Source of the DNA: Azolla caroliniana
Taxonomy: Eukaryota; Plantae; Polypodiophyta
Length of the DNA stretch: 64,000 bases
Assembly: GCA_043228905.1 (NCBI GenBank)
Contig: JBHGNT010000013.1
Span: forward strand, 21,080,001-21,144,000
Reading direction: 5' to 3'
This document shows, piece by piece, positions 47,268-58,478 of the stretch. Each line of letters begins with the position of its first letter. The stretch's first letter is position 1. The position numbers were made by a program, and so were the translations under genes. The notes beneath the pieces are model-generated. The model did no database searches. It had not been told where the DNA came from and worked only from the letters and a program-made list of their open reading frames with translations.

Positions 47268-49368
47268 TCGTGAAGATCACCATCAGCGCCACTATCTTCG
47301 GATCAACGAACCCTATCTCCTTCGATGTGAATGCAAATGCTTTTCCATGTTGTTCCACCATCTCACGAAACCGTTCTTCTTCTTTTTGTGAGAGGAAACC
47401 ACCTCCATCGATCCGAAGTTTCTTCCGGGTCTCATCCGAGAAGGCATGTCCGATATCCACAGACTTTCGAAGTGTTGGATCTCGTGAGACTTCTTTCCTC
47501 TTTTGTTCGCTATCGGCGGGTAGCGGTCCTGCGGCCGGTTTCACTTTCTTCTCCACGGTCTTGTATTTCGTACTTACCATTACTTCTTCTTTGCGGAACG
47601 CATCCGGCCCCATTTTCGCAATGATCTTGTACATCTCGACCGATTCCACCGAGACTACCTGGTCTTCTTGGATTTTACCCTCCACAAGCTCTTCAAACCG
47701 TTGTAGCGTGCTCCCATAGAACACTTCTTCGACTACCCCCACGATTTCTTCATCTTCCTTTATTATTGATGCCGACCATAACTTACTCTCAACCTTTCGG
47801 TATTCTTTCTTCATTCCTCCAGCTACGGCTGCGTACGTTGATGCCCCATCCAGACCGATTCATACTTGTTTTGCTCCGAGAGTCTTCTTCCTGTGTGGGG
47901 TATCAGGGCTTCTCGGACTATCACTTCCCCACTCCGCAACAGCCCGATCTAAAAATCCATCTTCGTTTGGGACAAGAGCTCCCTCTTGTTCCTTTCATGA
48001 TTTGCCGGCACAATTAGGAATTGGACGGATTTCCCTTTGTTTTGGCTTCGAATTCGTGCAAAAGCCGCACCGCTGTCGTGTGAATCTTCACACACTATGT
48101 AAAAAAATAATGAAATAATTATTATAGATTAGATTAGAAGCTTACTATAGAAAGATGGATATGCTCAAGAGCTTCAAAATGTATTTTACTATATACAAAA
48201 TGGAGACATACATATCAAGTTATGTGAAAATATAGTTTGAGAAGATAGGGAAATTAGAACTATCCCACATAGATAGGAAAGTTAAGGCCATGGCTATATA
48301 AACACCTTGAGCTCCCTCATTTTTCATTTGTGCTAAGAGCACTTTGGCCACTTTGTCTTGATGGATGATGGTGGCCAAATTCCCTAAAACCGGAACCAGA
48401 ACTGGTATGCAAACCGAAAACCGGCCGGTAAGCAAAACTGGAACCGGCCAACAAGCAAAACCGGAACCGGAACCGGCCGGCAAGCAAAACCGGAACCGGA
48501 ACCGGCAAGCAAAACCCGAAACGGAACCGGCAAGCAAATCGGGACCGGCCGGCAAGCAAAAACGAGACTGGCCGGTGAGCAAAATCGGGACCGGCCGGCA
48601 AGCAAACCGGAATCGGCCCGCAAGCAAATTGGAATAGGTCGGCAAGCAAAACCGGAACCGGCCGGCAAGCAAAATCGGAACCGGAACCGGCTATCGGACG
48701 AGGTTGGATGCGAATGGACGAAAGATTGGATCATGCAACAAACTAAAGTAAAGTGAAGAGAACTAAAGTAAAGGCCATGTGGACGCAAGCAACTAAAGTT
48801 GGAGTGCATGGAAAAAGTAAAGGTCATGTGGACAATCACATGCAACCAAAAGAAAAAGCTAGGCAACTAAAAGTAGAGGCCATGCAACAAAAAGTGGAAA
48901 GGCAATGATCAAGGGAGAACTCCATATTTATTCCATTTGTTTTCCTACACTAGGACTCACTCTCCATATTATCTTAATTTCTTTTCTTTTCTTTGGGAGC
49001 TCTCTTATATTACCAAAGCCAATAACCCTAATCTTCCTTACGGAAGCTATCTCTCAAGTAAACCATAATTTCCATACGGAAGCAATCTCTCAAAATCCAA
49101 AATTCCTTGTCAAAGCCATATCACTCAAGAATCATAATCTCTTATTTCCTCTAATCTATTATTCTAATCATCTCCATAAGATAAAACTTTTGTAATCCCA
49201 ATCTTGGGATTGATTGTAATCTTTCTTTCCCTTTTATTAATGAAATTTGTTAATCTTTCTCATTTCGGTTAATTCGTAGTACATAAATACACGAATTTGA
49301 TATCCTCTAGACAAAGGCCCCGGGGTCTTGCCTCAACGTTCACGTATCCTCGTCGTATTTTCGCGACA
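47268..49368. repeat. Duplicate of 26988-29083 (806 bp of A2 internal sequence plus a full F LTR at 48074-49368)
   Basis: Colinear at offset 20280 with scattered substitutions. Confidence 0.92.
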
Positions 49369-51250
49369 CCGCTATAGCACCTTTGTCTCCATCCGTGAAG
49401 CTGTGATAAAGGGTTGCCCGAGGATCACGGAGTGTGAGACCTCATCTTGCACGAAGAAATTTTGGTCTATCTCCACACCCCCGATCTTCACCATTACATC
49501 TGGACAAGCCGCAAATAACTCTTCCGTTGCTTTAGTGGCTGCCCAGATCTTCCACCCATGGTTCGTGTTAATAGGCCACTTACCCTTCCGGTAGAACTTC
49601 TTAGACATCAAGTTGATCTCCGATCTGTGATCAATCAATGCTAGCACGGGCTCTTTGATGTTACCGATTCGGACCGGAGTCTCCATAGTTGCACGTGCCC
49701 AGTGTGGCTTTGTGTAGTGAGAATTCGGTATTTCGTCCTCCAATTCGGTGTCATTCATTAGAACAGTATTTGCATTCACCCTTGGAGCATTCTCCTCCGT
49801 ACTTTACCTTTTTCTTTTCACGAGATCCACAAGAAGATCGTGGAACTCCTTCGTTATTCCAAGTAATTCTCGAAGCGAAAAATCTACCCGGCTGTCGAGG
49901 ATTCTCTCCTCGAACACCTTTTTCAAGCCCGTTTGTTGTTCGATGTCCGAGGCGAGCTTGAATGCCGGAATCATCTTTTCTTTTCCGTTACCCCCGGAGT
50001 TCCAGCTTTCTGGTGTCTTCGATGGACCGGCCGCCTCATCCGTGCGCCGTCGCTTCTCATCTACATACACTTCATGCAATTGGCATAAAGCAAACACGCT
50101 ATTCTTATCCACGGGGCACCCCCATCCTGTAGCTTCACGGATGCCTTCCACGGTGCTTCAGATCTCATTGGAGTCGGTTTTCTCGGGGTTTTCTAGCATA
50201 TCCGGCCAAAAAGACGCCTTTGTTCCCGACGACTCACCCACACTTATTCCCACGGTTGTCGCATAATTACCTTTTGCCACTATTTCCTCCTCTAGAACCT
50301 TCTTCATGCCGTCTTTCCGGAAGTTCGGTCGGAGTGGCTTCCGAGAGTCCATCGAATGAATCCGATTTCCCTTTTAGTAGATAAGATCCCGTCGTAACGC
50401 CTCCTTGTGCTCGTCGCAATCCCTCCGATCGTGTTCGGTGCTATCACACCATATACATCGACGCTCCATATACTTAGAGTTTGTGGGACGGTCTCCCGAC
50501 TTCTTCACCATCGCGATTTTCAGATTCTCCATATCTTTCAGTAACTGCTCCACTATGGTTGCGTCAATCCCCTTCTCGGTCGTAGTCTCTCGAGCCCGTA
50601 GTTGATGGTCCTCCAATCCGGATCTCGGTTTCAGAATCGGTTCCAAAACCCTCTTCTCTTCGTTAGCAAGCCACTGCCCCCTCTTCATGTATCGCGCGAC
50701 GATATCCCGCACGCTTTCCCACGTTTCGGTGAGGCCGCTTTTGGTGGTCGTGTCCTCCAGAAGCACTCCGAGATCTTTCCGGTCTCAAACGTCCACAGCT
50801 CGCAAAAACATGATGACTTTGTCCGGTGCAAGAATAGTTTGATCTCTCGTAGACAACCCCCCGAACTAACTTTCGAATGACGAAAACACTTCGAGGACCT
50901 TCAATCCCTTACTTGGCGTTTCCACCCAATCTTCGAATCCCCTCAGCGTTGCCTTGGAGGAGTCCTCGATGGTCAATGTGGTCTTTAACGCTTCTTCAAA
51001 TGCTTCCCACGTCGGATTTTGCTGTTGTAACCTGTGGATACTCCCTTGAAGCCCGTCGGTCGCCACCCGGTTGAAGGATGTCACTTGCAGTCCTTCCGAA
51101 ATCCAGCACCGGAGCATCTCTTCCTTGTAGTCCTGCAAATATCGAGCCGCTCTATTGCTGCCGAAATCTCCGACATCGCGCGTTGTTCTTGTAGCATCCG
51201 CTCGAACATCGCCATCATATTGTTAGCTTGTTGATTCTCCATCTCCTTGC
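49369..51250 (-). pseudogene. A2 gag-protease, fragmented
   Basis: Zn knuckle CIWCDSTEHDRRDC and LIDHRSE; many stops and frameshifts. Confidence 0.85.
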
Positions 51251-51932
51251 CACTTGTATTCACGTCGGGTTCACCACTTGTGTCGTGCCTCTCGGCGCTG
51301 GATCGTTACGTGAGTCAGGTGGGAACCGGTGGGGTTTTGGACTAGAAGAAAGGAGATTGTGAGATAGAGATTAATTATGAGTAGATAGCAAATAGAAAGA
51401 TAAGAAACTCGTGAATCACACGAGTATACTATATTAATTGGTACTTAGGTTGTTAAGAAAGAAGTAGATGCATAAATTGTGAATCCCACAAATAATTTTT
51501 ATATTGATCAATACTTAATCCAAAATAATCAACCCTTATACATCTTTCTCTCCTCCTTATATAAGGACGGAAGAGGCTAAGCATAGCTTCTTGCTTTTCT
51601 AAAGTGTTCATGCCCTCTAAATTTGCATGCTTTACTTTTCCCACTACAATTTCCTAAATTTAGCATTCATGCCCGCTAGATGTGCATGCGTAATTTTATT
51701 AGTGTGCATATAAATAATGTTTTCACGCATTCTAAAAATGCATGACTTACCTTTTAATAAAGGTAGGCGAAAATAAAGTTTTATACGTATTAAGACAGAC
51801 ACAGACACAGACACAGATTTATGATGGCCCCACAGAATATATGACCCATGATGTGAAAAAAAGTCTGTAGGAAGAGAGAACGTTACAGAGAACGCTACAG
51901 GGAAGGAAGCGTTACAGAGAACGTTGTAGAAG

Positions 51933-53747
51933 ATGAGGAAGACGATGGCTGACACGGCACAACAGGGGAACTCTGATACAACGTCCCCGACATCCTCTTC
52001 ACGGTCAGCTGTCACAGTCGTCTTCACACCGGAAGAAGAAGCGATGCTGAAAACAGAGGTAAGCCGCCTGCACTCCTATTCAATAGTATGCAGGGTTATA
52101 GGATTAAGACCAAATAGAGGAGATTTACGGGATCTCCTCCAGGCAGCCTTTCAGCATCACATCGGAAAAATAATTGATGTTCAATTCCTTGGACATGGTT
52201 TCTATCACTTAGAATTGGATACGGCAGAATCCATATTGATAATGTTAAAGGCTAATATGATTAATATTCGCAATGTGATTGCTTGTTTTATGCCATGGCA
52301 ACCGGCTTTTGATCCCGTCCAAATGTTAAGTTCCGGACATCGGTTGATTTCGATTTCCGTAATTTTCCCAAGAATTCCTAAAGAATATATGGCTGTGCTT
52401 CCATCAATTGCAGCAAGAATCGGCACGGTCCTTCCTCCATGGGTGGAGGCATTAGAAGCGAAGATGTCAGGATACCCATCAATTCGCATATTAGTTCCCT
52501 CAATGGAAAATCTACCGTCTCAGGTACTTTTACCATCAATTACCGGGAATTCAACGTTTATGCAAAAACTGGAATATGTAGGTATGCCTGGGCAGTGCTT
52601 TTATTGTAAACAAAAAGGTCATGTATTAAAAGATTGTCCAAGGAAAAAGAAGGGAGATGGTTCCCAGAATGGCCTAAGTAATGAACATATAGAGGCTAAT
52701 CACGTTAAGTTGAATAGAAATCAACAAACACATCTACGTGAAGGAATAGAGAAAGGAAAGAATGTTAAGACTTCCAAGGATGAAAAACGGAAAAGTATTC
52801 AACCCTCCCAAGATGAGGTGTGGAAGACAATTGAAAAAAGGCACACAATACCTAATAAGAGCATAGAATCTAAGAGTGATCACGTAAATACAAGCCGTTA
52901 TGAAGTCTTACAAGAACCGGATAATTCTTTGCCTCAAAATGAGGTTAATTTAGGCCAAACCAGTAAGGGTTCTGAACAATCTATTCTTGTTGGAGAAGAG
53001 ACCGAATCAGTCAACAATCTCGTTAGGTCCACTCAGGAAACAAAAATGACATCAAGTAAAGAACATTTTAAAGAGTCTAGTGCATCTCGACCAAGTCATA
53101 GATCTATAAAAAGATCATCTACCTTGAGGGGGCTGAATGCGAATTTCATTCGCACAATTCCGTTAAAGTCCTTAGTAGAAAATAATTGTGATGTGGAAGT
53201 CACTAGATGGAATGCCACATACGGATTTGAGTCTTTGAAATTTTTGGGAGACATGGTTGATAATGGGAATGCAGCAATACGAGTCCATGTTCTTTTCAGA
53301 TCTATGCAATCTCTAGTAGGATTTTCATTTCCTTTCTGTGGATATGAAAAACAAACATGGGTAGCAGCGGATGTTCGATTGGCTGTTAGACAGCAAACAT
53401 TACACTTTGCAAAATATGTTAATTGTGACAATTTTGGGGAAACATTATTAAGGGGACTTGAGGGAGCAACTATGCAACTTTTGCCAGTGTCTGATGTGAT
53501 GGGGCGGAGGCAGGTGGTTGTTGCTTTAGACTCTAACATTCTTCCAAATTGTGGATATACATATATTCATGAAGATGGATTATCGGAAGGCCAAGTATTG
53601 GCTAAAGCTCATCATCATTATAGAATGATACGTGATGCGATACCCTTATCAGGTTCAATAAACGGTGAGCAAGATGGCAATGAGGTCACTCTAGAGCCAT
53701 TAATGAAAAACAGGAAATTGGCATCACAACAACCTAAATTTTCCTAA
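51933..53747 (+). CDS. LINE ORF1 (DUF4283/RRM-like N-terminus, CCHC knuckle, unassigned C-terminal region)
   Basis: Knuckle CFYCKQKGHVLKDC; lies directly upstream of ORF2. Confidence 0.88.
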   Translation: MRKTMADTAQQGNSDTTSPTSSSRSAVTVVFTPEEEAMLKTEVSRLHSYSIVCRVIGLRPNRGDLRDLLQAAFQHHIGKIIDVQFLGHGFYHLELDTAESILIMLKANMINIRNVIACFMPWQPAFDPVQMLSSGHRLISISVIFPRIPKEYMAVLPSIAARIGTVLPPWVEALEAKMSGYPSIRILVPSMENLPSQVLLPSITGNSTFMQKLEYVGMPGQCFYCKQKGHVLKDCPRKKKGDGSQNGLSNEHIEANHVKLNRNQQTHLREGIEKGKNVKTSKDEKRKSIQPSQDEVWKTIEKRHTIPNKSIESKSDHVNTSRYEVLQEPDNSLPQNEVNLGQTSKGSEQSILVGEETESVNNLVRSTQETKMTSSKEHFKESSASRPSHRSIKRSSTLRGLNANFIRTIPLKSLVENNCDVEVTRWNATYGFESLKFLGDMVDNGNAAIRVHVLFRSMQSLVGFSFPFCGYEKQTWVAADVRLAVRQQTLHFAKYVNCDNFGETLLRGLEGATMQLLPVSDVMGRRQVVVALDSNILPNCGYTYIHEDGLSEGQVLAKAHHHYRMIRDAIPLSGSINGEQDGNEVTLEPLMKNRKLASQQPKFS

Positions 53748-56700
53748 ATGCGAGTAATGTCATGGAATGTTCAAGGGTTAGGAGGCCCCTTATATAGACG
53801 ATACAAATATCGTCTCCGTCAAGAAATCAACAAATGCATAGTGGGTGGACCCCTAGATTTTCTTTTAATACAAGAACATCATCTAAATACTTTTAGAATT
53901 TCTCGGTACGGTTCCATTCTACCTGGGAACTGGGACATGTTTTGGTCTCCCGCAATAGGCAACACGGAAGTCCGAGGAGGGGTGTGTATGGCTATTTCAC
54001 AAAGATGGATATCATCCATTATTCAAAAACAAGTGGTTATTCCAGGAAGGGCTCAATTTGTTATTATCCAAGAGGAAGAGACTACATGGGGACTTTTAAA
54101 TATATATGCTCCCAATACTGCAACGGCGCGGCAACAATTTTGGAAAGATTTATTAAATAAATTGCCGTCACTTGATCATTGGTGTATTGCTGGTGATTTT
54201 AATATGCTTGAGGATCCCATCGATAGAATGGGAGGTAGCTCAATCACGATACATGGTCATGAGCTAACAATGTGGGAACAATTGGTGTTTTCCTTACAAA
54301 TGTTAGACGCTTGGCATGCGCCTTCCATGGTTCGTACAAACACCTCACTTTTGTTTTCAAGATCAGATAGGCAAGTAAATGGTACTAATCTAGCTCGCTT
54401 GGATAGATTTTATTTATCTGGCAAATTTATTTCAGCAACGGGTACTGTGCATATAATGCCAGGAACTACCTTTTCTGATCATGCTCCAATTATTCTTTCA
54501 CTCTCGACTCAAAAGAATAAAGAATTTGTCAATCTGAAGATTCCTGAAGAGCTGTTGTTAGACAATAATTTCTCATCACAGGTGATTGATTTATGGTCGC
54601 AAAAAGATGTTGGGCAAGAATCAATGACTATGCGGGTAGCTAATGGCCTACAAAGAATTTCAGAATTTTTCAGGTGTAAATCTAAGGAAAGGTTTGCTAT
54701 GATGAAAGAAAGGGAGAAAAGGTCTCGTGCTTCTCTTGTTTCCTTGCAACGGTTACAAGAACGTTACCCACACTGTACTTGGATTGCCGAGAAACTTGGG
54801 TCAACAAAACAAGAACTAGCTGAACTATTAGAAAAGCGTGCAGAATTTCAATATCATCGTAGGGCAGCTAATTGGACCCAAGTGGGTGACAAATGTACAG
54901 TTGAGTTTTTTCATTCAAAGAGACCTAATTATAATGCGGTTTCAATCAAACAACTACAACATGAGAATGGGACCATCTCATCTGATTCTCAAGTAATGAG
55001 AGAAATAGCCACAAGATACTATTCTAACCTACTATCAGCTGTTTCTTTCTCTGATGAAGAATTAGTATGTCGGTCACATGTATGGAATAAGTTGAAGTCA
55101 AGAATAACAGAGGATATGAATGCAAGTCTTCAAGATGTTCTTACATGTCATGAATTAACTGAAGCACTTCACGCTTTGCCTAAAAATTGTTGTCCAGGTG
55201 TGGATGGTCTAACCCCAACATTTTTTATTAAATATTGGGACGTATTCAAAGCAGATTTATGCACAGCATTTCAGCAAATTCTTCGAGAGGGTAGGATGCC
55301 TTCTCAGTTTACAGAAGGATTGATTTATCTTATTCCTAAATCAGACGGTCCTTCACTCAACATCAAGAAATGGCGGCCGATTACACTACTAAATACAGTG
55401 TATAAAATTTTGGCTAAAGCAATTAGTATACGACTCAGCACCATAATGCCTACAGTTATACATCCGACTCAAACAGGATTCATTCGAGAAAGAAGTATTT
55501 TGGATAATGTGTACACATTTTGGGAATCTGTGGCCTTGGCAACTAAATCTAATCAAAAGTTGGTTGTTCTTATGCTTGATTTTGAGAAAGCATATGATCG
55601 TGTTGACTGGGAATTTTTACAAGGGGTATTGATTCGCTTTGGATTTTCAAAAGAATGGATAAAAGGTATTTCCTCATTATATAATGCTGCACAAAGCCGA
55701 GTCTTGTTGGCTGGAGATTATGGCCCTTTGTTTTATATTTCTCGATCAGTTCGTCAGGGTTGTCCACTGGCTCCCTTTCTATTCCTGTTTTTTGCTGAGG
55801 CAATGATTTCTTTTTTGAATGCTGCTGATATTGGTATACGTGGACTATGCACTCCACTCTCACATATAGAAGTAAGGGATGCTGAATTTGCAGATGACAC
55901 TGCCCTATACTTAAAAGGTGATTTGGAAAATTTGGAAAAAACAGAAGAGGCCATATCCACATTCTGTAAGGCTTCAGGTGCATTGGTTAATTGGAACAAG
56001 TCCTTTGCATTTTGGGTGGGAGATGTAAATCCTCCGTTATGGAACCCGCACCCGCAATTTCGATGGATACCATCAGGTTGCCCAGTTCGGTACCTAGGAT
56101 GTACTATAGGTGTTGATCTTTCGATGGAAAATCAAGTGGCTCCCCTCTTATTGTCTTTGAGGCAAAAACTGTTATTATGGAGTTCAGCTAAGTTGTCTTT
56201 TGCTGGTAGGGTTATAGTTGCCAATCAGGTGTTATTGGCGTCAACATGGTATGTTTTGTCATGTTGGATATTCTCCAAGTCATGTATTCTGAAAATACGC
56301 AGATTGATTCGTAATTTTCTATGGTCTGGCAAATCGGAAGGAAATGCTCGGTCTAAAGTAAAATGGGATGTTATTACCTTACCTCGCTCTAAAGGAGGAC
56401 TAGGTATTATTGATCCAGTAGACCAATCAAGAGCACTATTAAGTAAGTTGCTCATTAGAGGATTTACGCCGGGGAAAGAGATATGGAAAATACTATTACT
56501 CGACCGCTGTTCAGACTGCTTTCCTCGATTAGGTGCCCCTTGGTCTAAGGATGTAAACTGGATATTTAGGGAAAATTTCAGAGTACCTGCAGCTAACAAG
56601 TGGGAAGACAGGTTTATTAGAACAGTATTTTCGGCATGGAAACAAGTATTACCTGGTTTGCTTCGCAATAAACCTAAGCCCAATCATTATATTGAGTATA

Positions 56701-58091
56701 TTAGACAAAGGATAGTTTGGAATCCGTTGTTTACAACATCAGATGGTTCGCTGTTGGGTTCTAGACAATGGTTATCATGGGGAAAAATGGCAGAAGGTCC
56801 TGCAAAAACTGTTCAGACATGGCAACGTTTTTTATCAAGGTCATGGGAAGAACAAAAAGAAATCCTAGGTAGTATGCATGGGGGACAAATAATGTACCAA
56901 CAAATTCAAGAGGCTATGAGTAGATTTCCTATTCCACCCAATAACTCTAATCACAGATGGGTTGGGGTCTTTTCAAGATTGGAAGTACTCTTGGCTGTTA
57001 AAGGATATTCAGATGATAAGACCTACCGATCCTTTGAGGTGGATGAAGCAAACCAATTGACACAATCCGGGGAAATGAGGATAGATTACCCTTATGCTAT
57101 GGAACACAAGATAAGAATCATCGGATATGCTGACCGGAAATGGTACATTGACCCAATGATTGGGGAAATAAAGGCACATTGGAAGTTGTGGGTGTTGGCT
57201 AAAATACCGGTTTTCAGATTAGAATGGGACCCAATGGATTATCAGTGGACAGACCCTTTTACGGGTAACAAATTTAATTTCTTCCAATATTCTGTACAGT
57301 TAGGAAGACATGTGCTTTCAGATATACGAGATGTGACACCGGCTGCTTTTCAATTTTGGAATCAACAAGGTATTACTCCCCAATTCCTGGCAAATTTTTG
57401 GGTAGTGTTATGGGCTAGAAAACAGCCACACCAAATATTGCATGTACAATGGTTGCTTGTACATCGAGCCTTGCCAGTTGGCACCTGGCTGCATAGGATG
57501 GGAGTAGAGTCTACTTGCGCACGATGTCGTTTACAAATGGAAACTCACAAACATTGCTTATGGGAATGTATTGAGTCTCAATTGATATGGCAACGTCTCC
57601 TTAGAATTTTTGCTAATTATTTCTCCCCGTTGGTTTTCACTTGGGGTATGGTGGTTTGGACATCTCTTGTCCGTGATGTATTTCATTATGATAACGAATC
57701 AATGGACCATGGATTTTGCACTAAATTTGGAAGAGTACATAAAGTACCATTGTTGTCACTACAGTTTACAGGAATACGAAAGGAAGTCCAACCAGTATGG
57801 GAGATATTGAGTAGTACCACTATATATCATATTTGGAAGACTAGGTGCTCTCTTATTTTCCAACAACTGAAAACACCACCGGCCGAATTGGTCTCAAATA
57901 TTTGGTTAGACATAGTGCATACTTTGAAGGGCCAATGGGATGGTATTATTGGTGACTCTGATGCTAAGATTGCTCAACGGCATGAGTTTATCACTATATG
58001 GAAACCTTCTCCATTCATGACAGCCAACTATGGTACTCCTTATTGGCATTATCAACCTCCGAAATGGTTGTTTCCCCCCCCAATTACATAG
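53748..58091 (+). CDS. LINE ORF2 (APE endonuclease, reverse transcriptase, C-terminal CCHC zf-RVT)
   Basis: Motifs SWNVQG, QE, NIYAP, GDFN, SDH, DFEKAYD, QGCPL, FADD and CARC..ETHKHCLWEC. Confidence 0.96.
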   Translation: MRVMSWNVQGLGGPLYRRYKYRLRQEINKCIVGGPLDFLLIQEHHLNTFRISRYGSILPGNWDMFWSPAIGNTEVRGGVCMAISQRWISSIIQKQVVIPGRAQFVIIQEEETTWGLLNIYAPNTATARQQFWKDLLNKLPSLDHWCIAGDFNMLEDPIDRMGGSSITIHGHELTMWEQLVFSLQMLDAWHAPSMVRTNTSLLFSRSDRQVNGTNLARLDRFYLSGKFISATGTVHIMPGTTFSDHAPIILSLSTQKNKEFVNLKIPEELLLDNNFSSQVIDLWSQKDVGQESMTMRVANGLQRISEFFRCKSKERFAMMKEREKRSRASLVSLQRLQERYPHCTWIAEKLGSTKQELAELLEKRAEFQYHRRAANWTQVGDKCTVEFFHSKRPNYNAVSIKQLQHENGTISSDSQVMREIATRYYSNLLSAVSFSDEELVCRSHVWNKLKSRITEDMNASLQDVLTCHELTEALHALPKNCCPGVDGLTPTFFIKYWDVFKADLCTAFQQILREGRMPSQFTEGLIYLIPKSDGPSLNIKKWRPITLLNTVYKILAKAISIRLSTIMPTVIHPTQTGFIRERSILDNVYTFWESVALATKSNQKLVVLMLDFEKAYDRVDWEFLQGVLIRFGFSKEWIKGISSLYNAAQSRVLLAGDYGPLFYISRSVRQGCPLAPFLFLFFAEAMISFLNAADIGIRGLCTPLSHIEVRDAEFADDTALYLKGDLENLEKTEEAISTFCKASGALVNWNKSFAFWVGDVNPPLWNPHPQFRWIPSGCPVRYLGCTIGVDLSMENQVAPLLLSLRQKLLLWSSAKLSFAGRVIVANQVLLASTWYVLSCWIFSKSCILKIRRLIRNFLWSGKSEGNARSKVKWDVITLPRSKGGLGIIDPVDQSRALLSKLLIRGFTPGKEIWKILLLDRCSDCFPRLGAPWSKDVNWIFRENFRVPAANKWEDRFIRTVFSAWKQVLPGLLRNKPKPNHYIEYIRQRIVWNPLFTTSDGSLLGSRQWLSWGKMAEGPAKTVQTWQRFLSRSWEEQKEILGSMHGGQIMYQQIQEAMSRFPIPPNNSNHRWVGVFSRLEVLLAVKGYSDDKTYRSFEVDEANQLTQSGEMRIDYPYAMEHKIRIIGYADRKWYIDPMIGEIKAHWKLWVLAKIPVFRLEWDPMDYQWTDPFTGNKFNFFQYSVQLGRHVLSDIRDVTPAAFQFWNQQGITPQFLANFWVVLWARKQPHQILHVQWLLVHRALPVGTWLHRMGVESTCARCRLQMETHKHCLWECIESQLIWQRLLRIFANYFSPLVFTWGMVVWTSLVRDVFHYDNESMDHGFCTKFGRVHKVPLLSLQFTGIRKEVQPVWEILSSTTIYHIWKTRCSLIFQQLKTPPAELVSNIWLDIVHTLKGQWDGIIGDSDAKIAQRHEFITIWKPSPFMTANYGTPYWHYQPPKWLFPPPIT

Positions 58092-58478
58092 AACTTTGAA
58101 TCTTGTAAAATGACTATACTAATGACAGGATATCTTTATAAAAATAAAAATAAAAGGTTTTATACGTATTAAATCTATATTTAAAACACTTAGAATAAGT
58201 TAGTATAATGGTATATTTAAAACACTTAGAATAAGTCTGCATGGAGGTGCAGTGTTCGAATCTTGCCCTATGCACGTAACAAAAATTTTAATGTTTCTTT
58301 TATCTACAATTGTGTCTCTTCATCCCGTAAGAGACTCTCACCGGCCTTCTTCATCCGGCTCTTCCTTGCCGATTCCTCCTTGCCGGTTTCTCTTCGTCCG
58401 GTTCTCACCGGGTATTTCATTCTCTATCCAGATGGACAAAATGCAATTTCCACGTAGTGTGTAAATTACACTACGACA

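Larger units (their letters stand above)
51794..58156 (+). mobile_element. Full-length L1/Tx1-type LINE with 16-bp TSD GTTTTATACGTATTAA
   Basis: TSD at 51778-51793 and 58157-58172; two intact ORFs; (TAAAA)n-like tail. Confidence 0.95.
23247..58478 (-). mobile_element. Ty3/Gypsy element A2 (family A), degenerate, 4-bp TSD ACGT; hosts F and the LINE
   Basis: 3' LTR 23247-24079; PPT 24080-24090; pol pieces 24067-27680; gag-PR pieces 49369-51250; Trp PBS 51259-51276; 5' LTR 51281-58478 split by the LINE. Confidence 0.9.

Noticed and set aside
47266-49368. An independent mini-element starting TGTCGTGAAGAT and ending CGACA
   Set aside because: There is no TSD, the F LTR does not resume afterwards, and the interior is a colinear copy of 26988-29083
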